From an uncultured cyanobacterium (GTDB taxonomy: Bacteria > Cyanobacteriota > Cyanobacteriia > Cyanobacteriales > Nostocaceae), in NCBI GenBank assembly GCA_963706595.1, contig OY970166.1:4608001-4672000 (forward strand): 64,000 nucleotides of DNA, read 5' to 3'. The first letter of the stretch is position 1; the number at the start of each line of letters is the position of its first letter. The notes beneath the pieces were generated by a model. That model made no database searches and was not told the origin of the DNA. It saw nothing but the letters and a program-made list of their open reading frames with translations. The translations under genes were made by a program, and so were the position numbers. Shown piece after piece: positions 31,329 through 41,777 of this stretch.

Positions 31329-31351
31329 AAAAAATCTACCCTATAAATTTT

Positions 31352-31843
31352 TTAACGGTAATTAGTAAATTGCAAAGCCACAGGAAAATCTTCTTGTTTT
31401 ACCCGTTGCATCACACCTTGTAAATCATCCTTAGCTTTAGCTGAAACCCGCACAGCATCACCTTGAATTGAGGCTTGGACTTTTTTAAACTCGTCCCTAA
31501 TCAATTTGGAAATTTGTTTAGCAATTTCCTGACTGATACCTTTTTTGAGGGTGATTTCTTGACGGACACGATTACCACTAGCTGATTCAACTTTGCCAAA
31601 CTCAAAAATTTTCTGAGAAAGGTTACGCTTGGCGGCTTTTTCTCGGAGGATGGTGTGAATAGAATCTAAGGTAAACTCGCTGTCAGTGCTGACATTAATG
31701 CTTTCCTCTTTTAACTCCAGTGTAGTTTGAGTATCTTTTAGGTCGTAGCGACCTTTGATATCTCGCACAACTTGATCGATAGTATTCACTAATTCTTGTC
31801 GGTCAAAGTCGCTTACAATGTCAAAGGAATATGTAGAAGCCAT
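31352..31843 (-). CDS. yajQ: YajQ family nucleotide/c-di-GMP-binding protein
   Basis: [27 protein letters not shown]. Confidence 0.93.
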   Translation of the reverse strand: MASTYSFDIVSDFDRQELVNTIDQVVRDIKGRYDLKDTQTTLELKEESINVSTDSEFTLDSIHTILREKAAKRNLSQKIFEFGKVESASGNRVRQEITLKKGISQEIAKQISKLIRDEFKKVQASIQGDAVRVSAKAKDDLQGVMQRVKQEDFPVALQFTNYR

Positions 31844-31849
31844 AAACAA

Positions 31850-32017
31850 TTTTAGATTTTAGATTTTAGATTTTAGACTGGAGAACCGCCTGGGGGGAAG
31901 TCAAAAGTCACAAGTCAAAAGTCAAAAGTCAAAAAAACTTTCTTTCCCCACTCCCAACTCCCCACTCCCCACTCCCCCGGTTACTGAGCGTAGTCGAAGT
32001 AACTCCCCACTCCCCAA
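31850..32017. repeat. STRR heptamer arrays (TTTTAGA, GTCAAAA, CCCCACT) with an SDR5-like insert
   Basis: Direct reading; gttactgagcgtagtcgaagtaac at ~31980. Confidence 0.85.
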
Positions 32018-32449
32018 TTAACTAGCTTGGATAATGCTCAAGGTGATTAGAGTCGCAGAGCCAAGAGAGCCAATGACAAACATTAGCGATCGCAATAAAG
32101 GTATATTCAAAATATAAAAAATTGAGTATAGCAAACGCGCCACAACAAAGGCGATCGCTGCTACTGTTGCTCTCGAAGAATCAACACCAGTAACATAAGC
32201 CATCAATGCTGCGGTGGCAAACAACATAAATGCTTCAAAGGAATTTTGATGCGCCCAGGTGGCTCGTTGAGCATAGGGGGGCAATTTATCAAATTTGGCG
32301 CGAGGAGTAGCTAACGCCTCAAACCCAATCTGCACACGAGCATAAGCTACCAGTAAAAACGGCAGATAAATCAGAACGGCAGCAGCAGCAATAGAATACA
32401 ACAAAATAGCAGACACAGGCAGTTGAGAGACCATCATTAAACCAATCAA
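32018..32449 (-). CDS. MAPEG family membrane protein
   Basis: RATWAHQNSFE, ARLLYS. Confidence 0.88.
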   Translation of the reverse strand: MIGLMMVSQLPVSAILLYSIAAAAVLIYLPFLLVAYARVQIGFEALATPRAKFDKLPPYAQRATWAHQNSFEAFMLFATAALMAYVTGVDSSRATVAAIAFVVARLLYSIFYILNIPLLRSLMFVIGSLGSATLITLSIIQAS

Positions 32450-32567
32450 TAGTAGTTGTTAGTTAACTGTGATTAATCGGTAACAGGTAATTTGGCTAAC
32501 CCAACTACCTATTACCAACTCGCAGTTTCCTATATCTATCATTACCTGGGCGAGGACTTACTGCACT

Positions 32568-33071
32568 TTAGTCAAAGTAGAAAAGCGTTACCACTTTTCT
32601 TTGTTCTTCGGCATCTCCACAAGTTTGGAGCAGAGTCCGACTGTCGTGAAATGCAAAACAAATCAGTTGCTGACAGCGAGAAACAATCTCCTTATTACAA
32701 ATATAACTAGCTTCAGCTAAAGACAGATTATCATTACTGGGATTTTCTACCAGATGCATCACCTGCTCTAGTTGCTGGCGCGATTCATGGGGCTGGCGTG
32801 ACAAACTTTGGGGTAAAATCACCGTTAATAAATTGGGATCTGCCCGCATTGCTCCCTTAATGGCAGCTGAATTTGTACCTGTAGCTCCAGAGGTGATTAC
32901 CCGATTCCCTGATAGAACCAGGGCGTAGGTCATCATTTCAATGAGATTCTGATGCGTAATTGGCACATGGCGAGAACCCAGCAAGGCGATTCGCTTAGAA
33001 CCCGTTTGCTGGATGGTCGCCAGTTCCTGCGCTAATGTATCGAGTTTGGTAATATCTGTTGACTGGCTCAA
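32568..33071 (-). CDS. DprA/SLOG-like Rossmann-fold protein
   Basis: IALLGSR, ITSGATGTN, FAFHDS. Confidence 0.7.
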   Translation of the reverse strand: MSQSTDITKLDTLAQELATIQQTGSKRIALLGSRHVPITHQNLIEMMTYALVLSGNRVITSGATGTNSAAIKGAMRADPNLLTVILPQSLSRQPHESRQQLEQVMHLVENPSNDNLSLAEASYICNKEIVSRCQQLICFAFHDSRTLLQTCGDAEEQRKVVTLFYFD

Positions 33072-33204
33072 AGAGGGGATGTAATCAGATTAAACAACCC
33101 AGCTATTCTACCAAACAGAGTGTAAGTGAGAAGCCAACTTGAGTTACATATTGCTACATTTTCCCGATGTTGGCTTTATTAGCTGAATATCTAGGTCATT
33201 GCCG

Positions 33205-33402
33205 GAGGCAGGGGAGCAGGGGGAAAGATGCAGGGGAGCAGGGAGCAGGGAGCAGGGGTGAGTGATAAATTACTTTACATTCCCAGTTGGTGCTTAACAA
33301 CCTTTCCTCTTCTCCCCTGCGCCCTGCCCCTGCTCCCTTTCCTGTTATCTTCTCCCCCGTACCCTGCACCCTGCCCCTCTGCCTCTGCTCCCTGCTCCCT
33401 TA
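33205..33402. repeat. GGGAGCA/TGCTCCC-type heptamer repeat element with inverted arms
   Basis: Direct reading; related elements at ~35229-35385 and ~51142-51280. Confidence 0.75.
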
Positions 33403-33405
33403 CTT

Positions 33406-34536
33406 CTAAGGTAATCTCCCGGCGGGAGTTAAGCCGAGTTTAGATAACAAGCGATCAATGTCAAAATGCTCAGTCATCAACTGGCGAATACACTGAACCT
33501 TAATTGGTTCGTGTACCCGGACTTGACCAAAAGTTCGCTCAATAATTTCCACAGTAGTGAGGGTATCTAAATCAACCGATAGGATCGGGATTTCTAGCTC
33601 TTCAGCACGGGTGAGAATAAACTCTGGTGGTGGCAGTTGTCCAGTCAAAATCAGGCATTGTGTAGAACTTTCTAGGGCGGCTTGTTGAATTTCCACGCGA
33701 TCGCCTCCTGTGACTACTGCCATATTTCGGCGTTTGCGGAAATACTTCACAGCCGAATTGACGTTCATTGCCCCAATTGCCAAACTCTCTACCATCAAAT
33801 CCAGGCGATCGCGGCGACAGAGAACCTCAGCATTTAACTGGTTGACCAGTTGACCAACGCTGACACTGCGTAGCAAGTCACTTTTCGGCAGTGTTCCTAA
33901 TACGGGAATGCCTTGCTGTTCTAGAAACGGACATAATTGAGCGTCAACTATTTCTAATTCTTCAGTAGGGATATCATTAATGACAACACCCACCAAGCGA
34001 TCGCCCATCAGCTGTTTAGCAGACAATAACGCATCAGCGCAAACCAGCAAATTATAACGACATACTAGTAGTACAGACGCGTCCAACGCTTGAGCCACCT
34101 GTAACAAAGACAAATCAAACAGATGTCCTTGTGTTAAATCACCAGGACCCTCTAGCAACACTAAATCTCCTTGGGAAATTTGCAAATATTGCTGTTTTAA
34201 GAGCTGCCGATAATCGGTTTTGTCTTCACCGCGCCAGCGTTTTTGGACATTAACCTCATCCAAAGCCAGCATTGTGGCAGCAACACGGTTTGTCGGCAAG
34301 TTTAGACTATGGGCAATAAACTGGACATCTTCCTCAACTACGGTTCCGCCAGATGCACTAAAACAAGTGCCTAGCGGTTTACTGTAGGCAATATCTAGTC
34401 CTTTTTCCTGTAGCTGATGAGACAAACCCAAAACTGTTGCAGATTTACCACTATAAGTTTCGGTTGAGCCAATCAGCAAACATTTAGCAGATTTTGGCAC
34501 AGATGCGCTCCTAATTGCAAAAGGAAGTAGAACCAA
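33406..34536 (-). CDS. Phosphotransacetylase N-terminal-like (AAA_26 + DRTGG) protein
   Basis: STETYSGKS, LLEG, AVVTGGDR; true start probably GTG near 34500. Confidence 0.85.
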   Translation of the reverse strand: MVLLPFAIRSASVPKSAKCLLIGSTETYSGKSATVLGLSHQLQEKGLDIAYSKPLGTCFSASGGTVVEEDVQFIAHSLNLPTNRVAATMLALDEVNVQKRWRGEDKTDYRQLLKQQYLQISQGDLVLLEGPGDLTQGHLFDLSLLQVAQALDASVLLVCRYNLLVCADALLSAKQLMGDRLVGVVINDIPTEELEIVDAQLCPFLEQQGIPVLGTLPKSDLLRSVSVGQLVNQLNAEVLCRRDRLDLMVESLAIGAMNVNSAVKYFRKRRNMAVVTGGDRVEIQQAALESSTQCLILTGQLPPPEFILTRAEELEIPILSVDLDTLTTVEIIERTFGQVRVHEPIKVQCIRQLMTEHFDIDRLLSKLGLTPAGRLP

Positions 34537-34703
34537 GCTAGGTGTTCCCTAATTTTAGTTGGTTCCGGCAACAGGCTGGAGTGCTGACAAACTGGAATTT
34601 CCCAGAATGTACTTTTTGTGAGTATATCTTGAATCTTGCTTAATCGTATTTATACATAAAATCCTAGTAACAAATTTGTATTTAAATAGACATTTTTATG
34701 ACT

Positions 34704-35078
34704 TTATTCGTCTATACGCAACACTTTACGGTAAAAAGCTTGTGAAAAATCCGTCAAGCGATAGCGCTTATAATTTTCCATCAGTTCAATTAAAAAACTC
34801 ATAAATTCAAAACTTGCCATCATCACTTCATAGCTTAGGTCAGCATTCCCCTCAAACTGTATCCGGCAACGTGTTAAATCCGAAGGCAGAGTGGCAACAT
34901 TCCAAGAAGCTACAAAGGGAATACTGTCACTGCCTTCAATTTTGCGCTGTCCCTCCAAAACGCCTTTTTGATAGAGACTCAGGGCATAGGGTAAAAAACT
35001 ACGCTTTGCACTCTGAACATAAGGTGAGTAAACGTTTGCTTGTTGTTGATTGGCAGGCTGGAGTTGCTCAATAGACAT
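34704..35078 (-). CDS. ebsA: Type IV pilus/biofilm-suppression protein EbsA
   Basis: MSIEQLQPA...LPYALSLY...LEGQRKIEG...DFSQAFYRK. Confidence 0.75.
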   Translation of the reverse strand: MSIEQLQPANQQQANVYSPYVQSAKRSFLPYALSLYQKGVLEGQRKIEGSDSIPFVASWNVATLPSDLTRCRIQFEGNADLSYEVMMASFEFMSFLIELMENYKRYRLTDFSQAFYRKVLRIDE

Positions 35079-35812
35079 CGTTGAATATTTCTCAAGGTAG
35101 TTAACGGTTATTAATATTGTTCCCAAAAAATGTCTATTACTTACACTCAGGTTTGGTATTCCACCGGGTGGATAGTGGGTGAAGGTTGCCTTGTCTTCCG
35201 TTCTGGGTGGAGTTAGCAAATTGAAAAAGAGGCAAGGGAGCAGGGAGCAGGGGGCAGGGGGGAAAGTCGAGATGGGGATTCGACCCCACCTGGACGAGAA
35301 GCACTTTGTAGAAGTGGGGGACTCAGACCCATGTTCCGCTCCGCTTCACGGCAGGAGGAAGGGGTCATTTCCCCCTGCCTCTTCGTTGAATCCGCAAAAT
35401 ATGTAGAAATGTAGAAATGTAAAAATGTTTCAGTCATACTCTTAGCGGCTTATGCCTTTGGAATTTGGGCTTTTATATCCAATCCCAACTTGGAAATGAT
35501 CGTGATTATAGGAACTTTGTGCTAAGAAATATTAAAATTTCGGTTACAATAAGGCTGCATTGGCTTTTAACTAAGAAGCTGGAGCAATAAAAAGCAAAAA
35601 TCTGCGCTGTCAGGTGTTGGATCATGCTATTGCAGTTTTTAACCACAGCAAACTGCTACCTCGCACTTATTTGCCCCAATCGCTGACTTGACAAACTTAA
35701 TAGTGAGTCAGAATCAACGGTTGCGAGAGTCTGTGCAAGTTGCGTGTTTGAATGTGGAATTTCCTGCTTTTTTCAGGTGTATAACAATACTGGTTTTTGA
35801 ATCAAGTAACCT

Positions 35813-37222
35813 ATGCCAGCGAATTCCTGGCCCGAAGACGATTATTACGAAGAGCTTGACCCACTTAACTCCCTATTATCCGACCAATTGGCAGATGAGG
35901 AGGAGTCAGTGGTAGAGGTAGATCCCATGTCTCTACCATCCCGGTTTCAAGGACGTAGACGCAAAGCCGCTCTGGTTTTGACTGTAGTTTGGAGCGGTAC
36001 GATCGCTCTGCATTTAGCTTCTTGGGGTTCAATATTTATTCTCGGACTGACTACTGTCCTGGGATTCCACGCTTTAGTGGTCGTATTTGCTAGACCCCGG
36101 CGCTATAGCAAAGAAATGCAGGGAGATTTGCCCTCTGTATCTGTGTTAGTAGCAGCCAAAAATGAAGAAGCAGTTATTGGTAAATTAGTCAAGAATCTTT
36201 GTAGTCTAGAATATCCAGATGGGCAGTATGAAGTCTGGATTATTGACGATAACAGCACCGATCAGACACCGCAGTTATTAGCGGAACTAGCCCAAGAATA
36301 TGACCAACTCAAGGTTCTCAGGCGTTCGCCAGAAGCTAGTGGCGGCAAATCAGGAGCCTTGAATCAGGTATTGCCATTGACTAAGGGCGAAATTGTTGCA
36401 GTGTTTGATGCTGATGCTCAAGTAGTACCAGACTTACTGTTACAGGTAGCACCCTTATTCCAACGCGAAAAGCTGGGGGCGGTGCAGGTGCGAAAAGCCA
36501 TAGCCAACGCCAAGGAAAATTTTTGGACTCAGGGTCAAATGGCTGAAATGGCTTTGGATACCTGGTTTCAGCAGCAACGTGTCTCCATCGGTGGGATTGG
36601 CGAACTGCGAGGTAATGGTCAATTTGTCCGGCGTACAGCCTTAGAAAGTTTTGGGGGATGGAATGAAGAAACCATCACCGATGATTTGGATATGACTTTG
36701 CGCCTACATCTGGACAAATGGGACATTGAGTGTACATTGTACCCGGCTGTGCAGGAAGAAGGGGTGACAAATGCGATCGCTCTTTGGCATCAGCGCAGTC
36801 GGTGGGCAGAAGGTGGGTATCAGCGCTATTTAGATTACTGGGATCTAATTCTCAAAAACCGCTTGGGTGTGCGAAAAACCTGGGATATGCTGATCTTCAT
36901 GTTCACTATGTATATTCTCCCCACAGCAGCAGTTCCAGATATCTTAATGGCAGTGGCTCGCCATCGTCTACCAATGTTAGGCCCCGTAACTACACTATCA
37001 GTCAGTATGTCTGTTGTGGGGATGTTTGCCGGACTCAAGCGCATACGCCAAAATCAGGAATTCAATATTTCTACATCTTTCGCATTATTGCTACACACCC
37101 TGCGTGGATCTTTGTATATGTTGCACTGGTTGGTAGTCATGAGTGCTACCACTGCTCGGATGTCCATCAGAGAAAAGCGCCTGAAATGGGTCAAAACAGT
37201 GCATTCAGGAAGCGAAGACTAA
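35813..37222 (+). CDS. mgdA: Monoglucosyldiacylglycerol synthase (GT2)
   Basis: GGKSGALN, FDAD, ITDDLD, QRSRW, KWVKTVH. Confidence 0.85.
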   Translation: MPANSWPEDDYYEELDPLNSLLSDQLADEEESVVEVDPMSLPSRFQGRRRKAALVLTVVWSGTIALHLASWGSIFILGLTTVLGFHALVVVFARPRRYSKEMQGDLPSVSVLVAAKNEEAVIGKLVKNLCSLEYPDGQYEVWIIDDNSTDQTPQLLAELAQEYDQLKVLRRSPEASGGKSGALNQVLPLTKGEIVAVFDADAQVVPDLLLQVAPLFQREKLGAVQVRKAIANAKENFWTQGQMAEMALDTWFQQQRVSIGGIGELRGNGQFVRRTALESFGGWNEETITDDLDMTLRLHLDKWDIECTLYPAVQEEGVTNAIALWHQRSRWAEGGYQRYLDYWDLILKNRLGVRKTWDMLIFMFTMYILPTAAVPDILMAVARHRLPMLGPVTTLSVSMSVVGMFAGLKRIRQNQEFNISTSFALLLHTLRGSLYMLHWLVVMSATTARMSIREKRLKWVKTVHSGSED

Positions 37223-37504
37223 CCGCAGGGCGGAGTCAAAAGTCAAAAATCTTAGCATCCAAAGTTCAGAATTTATTCTCAATTTTGGATTTTTTTTTGG
37301 AAAAAAATTTGGTTAATTCAAAATTTTTCTAGTTTTATGGCCATTTTAAGTAAAAACGAGTCGCCCCCTCAAATGCCAGAGTTTCAAGCCGCAGTCAAAA
37401 GCTGACCTTGAACAGTGTCAACTTCCACTGTCTAGAAAATAATCTCGGTGGATTTGGTAAGTTTGTGGTGGAACTAGTGACTTATAGTGAAGGTGAAAAA
37501 ATAA

Positions 37505-37849
37505 ATGAATCCGCAACCTGATGAAGACTTGCAACGTCGCCTCCAAAATCTAGAGGCACAAATCAACTCTAAATCTGTAGCTGGGGGACAACCACCAGAA
37601 AATACACAGAATTTGCAGTCTGTATTTCTCAACTTTAAATCTCGGTTAGCCAAATTGCAGGTTTGGTTTCAAAACTTGAACGGGATAACCAAGGTGATAG
37701 TTGCCAGTACCGGGGTGCTGGTGGGATTGGCCATGCTACAAGCAGTGATGAAACTAGTCGCATCTGTAATCAGTGTGGCACTGTTGGCATTTTTAGTGTA
37801 TCTTGGGTACAAATTTTTTATATCTGGTAGCTTTCCCAAAAAGCAATAG
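37505..37849 (+). CDS. Hypothetical membrane protein
   Basis: Short coiled coil followed by two TM helices. Confidence 0.65.
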   Translation: MNPQPDEDLQRRLQNLEAQINSKSVAGGQPPENTQNLQSVFLNFKSRLAKLQVWFQNLNGITKVIVASTGVLVGLAMLQAVMKLVASVISVALLAFLVYLGYKFFISGSFPKKQ

Positions 37850-37903
37850 TATATTTTAACTGTGCCGAGAGTCACTTAAAAATAAATTCAAAGGAATTAT
37901 GCA

Positions 37904-40078
37904 ATGGCGACCCCAATTGTGAGGAGAAATACCAGTCAATCTAGCCAGCCCAACCCACCGGAGAAAGCCATGTCATTGCCCTTAAACACCAGGCGTTTGG
38001 CTGCATGGGCAACTGAAATCACCCTAGTGGTGGTGAGTGGGCTAGTTCCCTTTGGTTTTGGTGTCTATGCCAATTCTAGAAGCGATTTAAACCGCGTGCC
38101 ACTTCATCCTGTATTGGTAGTCACAGAAAGAGCGATCGCTCGACCTTTGGCGTTGCCTGTCAGCTATGGTATTCGCAACGTCGCCGCCCCGACGAATTTT
38201 TTGTGGATCATCGCCTTGTTAGCCCCTATAACCCTTTCATCGTGGCAATTATATTTGCTGGGCAAAACAGGTAGTACGCTTCCCAAGCGGAAGTTTGGTG
38301 TGCGAGTTGTCAACGAAGTCGGCAAACCAGCCGGTTTAGCCGCAGTTGTAGCGCGGGAAGGAGTTGGTCGATGGACTGTACCTGTTTCCATTGCCTATAT
38401 TCTTTGGCGCTACAGTTTTGCCTTTCCCAATTTAGGATTGTTTACATTTTTGACTGTATTAATGGTGCTGGGAGAAGGGGTAGCCCTTCCTGCACGTCGA
38501 GGTCGTCGCGCACTACATGACTGGTTAGCAGGTACGTATACAATAGATGCCACTCGTCCTTTGCCATCCTCTACTCCGGGTCATAAATCTCAGGTATCAC
38601 CGACAGTAGAGGAATTAGCCCCTGTCTCAATGTCAATGTTCACAGGTGAAACTACAAATACGGCTAATTTGTGGCAACAAATGCGACAAAACCCCAGCCG
38701 GACTTTGTTTGGGGTAGCCCTAGTCAGCATGATCGCTGTGCTGGGAACTTTAGTCGCCACCCAAGTTTATATCCAAACTCAACACAACCGCCGGGAAACC
38801 AAGCAAATCAACAGCCAAAAGTTTCTGGCACTTGTAGAAAAATTGAGTCCTAACTCTGGTGCTTCCATAGAGGAACGCCAAGGTATAATTCTGGCGATGG
38901 GTGGTATTAATGATCCTCAGTCTATCCAATTTCTCACAGACCTTCTAGTTAAAGAAACTAACCCCACCCTCCTGAATACAATTCAACAAGCTTTAGCAAG
39001 TGTAGGCCTCGAAGCTATCCCGGAATTAAAAACCAAAAATCAGTTTTTAGCAGGTGAATTAAGGGCTGTGGGCAGCGAAGCATCCCCAGACCAGGAATTG
39101 CGACAACAGCAGTTACATATTAACCAGCAGACAATCAACAAAATTCTCAGCGTCTACAGCACTCAAACCGCAGGGATTGATCTCAGTCGCGCCGAGTTAG
39201 GTCAAAGTGGCACTCCGGAAACTTCATTTTTCAACTTGGTCTTAGATAACATTGATTTGTCAGGAATCAACTTCAAATCGGCAAATCTTAACCAAGCCAG
39301 TTTTAAAGGTAGTATCTTTCGGGGGGTCGGTCAGGACGGACGCTGGGACACTTATGATGATGCGATCGCGGATTTGAGCCAAGCTCAGATGAAACAAGCC
39401 AATTTCACCGATGCTAATCTCAGTCGCGTGATCATGAACCGTAGCAATTTAAGCGGTGCTACCCTCAACAGAGCGAATTTATCCCATGCCCGTTTAATTG
39501 GCGCGGATCTGGGCAGCACCCAGCTAGTAGGAGCCAATCTGCGGGGTGCATACCTAGAAAAAGCCAGCTTAACTGGGGCTGACATAGGTGATGCCAGATT
39601 CAACGAAGCCAATTTGTACGGGGCGCGTTTAAGTCGCGTCATTGCCATCGGCACACATTTATCCTATGCCAACTTAACTAATACTGATTGGCGAGGAGCA
39701 GACTTATCAGGAGCCTATTTAGACCGGGCTAATCTCAGCAATGCCAACCTCAGCGCCACTCGACTGACTGGTGCTGTTTTGCGCTCCGCCAACTTGAAAA
39801 ATACCAACTTGCAGAATGCTGACCTGAGTTTTGTTGATTTACGGGGAGCAAATGTTGCAGGTGCTGATTTTCAAGGCACAATTCTTGCTTCTGTCCCACA
39901 AAATGCCGAAGATCAATTTGTCCAAATGCCAGATTTAGGCTCAATCTCTGCTGTCGTTGAAGGAGTTGATTTTTCTCAAGCCAAAAATTTAGATACAAGG
40001 CAAATAGCTTATTTATGTACCCAAGGCGGTCTGCATTCGAGTTGTGCGTCAGTAGGACTGGGGAGGGTTAGTCAATAG
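37904..40078 (+). CDS. hglK: RDD + pentapeptide-repeat protein, HglK-like (heterocyst glycolipid deposition)
   Basis: RRLAAW...LHDWLAGT RDD region, long A(N/D)Lxx array, ~724 aa. Confidence 0.7.
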   Translation: MATPIVRRNTSQSSQPNPPEKAMSLPLNTRRLAAWATEITLVVVSGLVPFGFGVYANSRSDLNRVPLHPVLVVTERAIARPLALPVSYGIRNVAAPTNFLWIIALLAPITLSSWQLYLLGKTGSTLPKRKFGVRVVNEVGKPAGLAAVVAREGVGRWTVPVSIAYILWRYSFAFPNLGLFTFLTVLMVLGEGVALPARRGRRALHDWLAGTYTIDATRPLPSSTPGHKSQVSPTVEELAPVSMSMFTGETTNTANLWQQMRQNPSRTLFGVALVSMIAVLGTLVATQVYIQTQHNRRETKQINSQKFLALVEKLSPNSGASIEERQGIILAMGGINDPQSIQFLTDLLVKETNPTLLNTIQQALASVGLEAIPELKTKNQFLAGELRAVGSEASPDQELRQQQLHINQQTINKILSVYSTQTAGIDLSRAELGQSGTPETSFFNLVLDNIDLSGINFKSANLNQASFKGSIFRGVGQDGRWDTYDDAIADLSQAQMKQANFTDANLSRVIMNRSNLSGATLNRANLSHARLIGADLGSTQLVGANLRGAYLEKASLTGADIGDARFNEANLYGARLSRVIAIGTHLSYANLTNTDWRGADLSGAYLDRANLSNANLSATRLTGAVLRSANLKNTNLQNADLSFVDLRGANVAGADFQGTILASVPQNAEDQFVQMPDLGSISAVVEGVDFSQAKNLDTRQIAYLCTQGGLHSSCASVGLGRVSQ

Positions 40079-40132
40079 CTAATTATTTGCTAACAATAGA
40101 TGATATATGCTAACAAATGCTAATGTAGGGGT

Positions 40133-40726
40133 ATGGCTTATGTACCACTACGAGAAGCAGTCAAAAAACTGGGACTGCACCCAAACACTTTAAGGAAGTA
40201 CGCGGACAATGGCAAGATTGAAAGCATCAAAAACGAAGCAGGACAAAGACTTTTTAACGTTGAATCCTACGTCCGTGGTGCAACTAGAACTTCCTTTGTT
40301 TGCTACTGCCGAGTTAGTTCAACCAAACAACGAGACGACCTTAGTAGACAAATTGCCTATATGCAATCACTCTACCCAGATGCCGAAATCATCAAAGACA
40401 TCGGCAGTGGAATCAACTTTAAAAGAAAGGGACTGCAAGCCTTACTGGACAGACTTATGCGGGGAGATCAGCTCACGCTTGTTGTTACCTGTCGTGACCG
40501 ACTCGCAAGGTTTGGATTCGAGCTTATTCAATACATGGTCGAGCAAAACGGTGGACAAATCGTGGTTCTCGACAATACTGTACACTGCCCAGAATCAGAG
40601 CTTACCTCGGATCTTCTCTCCATCCTCCACCTCTTCTCTAGTCGGATGCACGGACTTAGGAAGTACAGTAAAAAAATCAAGGAAGATCCGGATCTTGCTC
40701 ACAACCGCGCAGAGGCGGATGGTTAA
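40133..40726 (+). CDS. tnpA: IS607 TnpA (MerR-type HTH + serine recombinase)
   Basis: LHPNTLRKY, YCRVSSTKQRDDL, DRLARFGF. Confidence 0.93.
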   Translation: MAYVPLREAVKKLGLHPNTLRKYADNGKIESIKNEAGQRLFNVESYVRGATRTSFVCYCRVSSTKQRDDLSRQIAYMQSLYPDAEIIKDIGSGINFKRKGLQALLDRLMRGDQLTLVVTCRDRLARFGFELIQYMVEQNGGQIVVLDNTVHCPESELTSDLLSILHLFSSRMHGLRKYSKKIKEDPDLAHNRAEADG

Positions 40727-41777
40727 GCAGTGGTTTGGTGTATCCAGGTTTGTCTACAACACTACTGTCAAATTGCTGCAAGACTCTAAAGTTAAGGCTA
40801 ACTGGAAAGCGATTAAGACTGACATATTGAACGGACTACCAGAATGGAGTAAATCAGTCCCTTATCAAATTAAATCAATCGCCATCAAAGATGCCTGTAA
40901 GTCTGTCAGCAATGCCAAGAAAAAGTTTAAAAACGGTGGTGGTATTAGCAAGATGAGATTTAGGTCAAGAAAAGACACTGTACAATCTTGCTACATTCCC
41001 AAATCTGCGGTAAAAGACTTGGGGATTTACCACACTATATTAGGTCAGGCAACCTTTAAAGAAGCCTTACCCCAAAGCTTTGGCGACTGTCGTTTGGTGT
41101 TTGCGTACCGTGATTACTATTTGACAGTTCCAGAGGATGTGCCACAACAGAAGTCCGATAACCAAGGACGTGTTGTAGCACTTGACCCCGGCATCAGAAC
41201 ATTTATCACCTTCTTTTCTGAATGTAGTTTTGGTGAAATTGGAACATCTGCTAATTTGCAAATTCAGAAGCTATGTTTTCGTTTGGATAAGTTAATTTCT
41301 AAATTCACTAAAGCCAAGTGCAAACAAAGAAGAAGGATGAAGCTTGCCGCCAGTAGACTGCGAGGTAAAATCAAAAACCTTGTAGACGAATTGCACAAGA
41401 AAACTGCTCGATTTTTGGTTGATAACTTTGACATTATTTTACTGCCAACCTTTGAAACATCCCAAATGGCTAAGAAGGCGAAGCGACGGATTAGATCAAA
41501 GTCAGTGCGCCAAATGTTAACACTCTCCCACTACCGATTCCAGCAGTTTCTTAAGCACAAAGCTTTTGAGACTAATAAAGTAGTTATGGATGTCAACGAA
41601 GCGTACACATCGAAAACAGTCAGTTGGACTGGTGAAATAATCCCCAATCTTGGCGGTGCTAAATTCGTCAAGTCTCCATCTGACGGGCAGGTGATGAGCC
41701 GGGACATGAATGGTGCGCGAGGGATTTTCCTTCGTGCATTGGTTGATACACCCTCTCTTAAAGAGTGTATTTGTTAA
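40209..41777 (+). CDS. tnpB: IS607 TnpB (pro-Fanzor-like motifs); start uncertain, frame overlaps tnpA
   Basis: ALDPGIRTF, NEAYTSKT, RDMNGARGIFLR. Confidence 0.88.
   Translation: MARLKASKTKQDKDFLTLNPTSVVQLELPLFATAELVQPNNETTLVDKLPICNHSTQMPKSSKTSAVESTLKERDCKPYWTDLCGEISSRLLLPVVTDSQGLDSSLFNTWSSKTVDKSWFSTILYTAQNQSLPRIFSPSSTSSLVGCTDLGSTVKKSRKIRILLTTAQRRMVKQWFGVSRFVYNTTVKLLQDSKVKANWKAIKTDILNGLPEWSKSVPYQIKSIAIKDACKSVSNAKKKFKNGGGISKMRFRSRKDTVQSCYIPKSAVKDLGIYHTILGQATFKEALPQSFGDCRLVFAYRDYYLTVPEDVPQQKSDNQGRVVALDPGIRTFITFFSECSFGEIGTSANLQIQKLCFRLDKLISKFTKAKCKQRRRMKLAASRLRGKIKNLVDELHKKTARFLVDNFDIILLPTFETSQMAKKAKRRIRSKSVRQMLTLSHYRFQQFLKHKAFETNKVVMDVNEAYTSKTVSWTGEIIPNLGGAKFVKSPSDGQVMSRDMNGARGIFLRALVDTPSLKECIC

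Noticed and set aside
33228..33443. ORF rich in QGSREQGAG / PAPCS (likewise ORFs at 35179-35437)
   Set aside because: Heptamer-repeat translation artefacts
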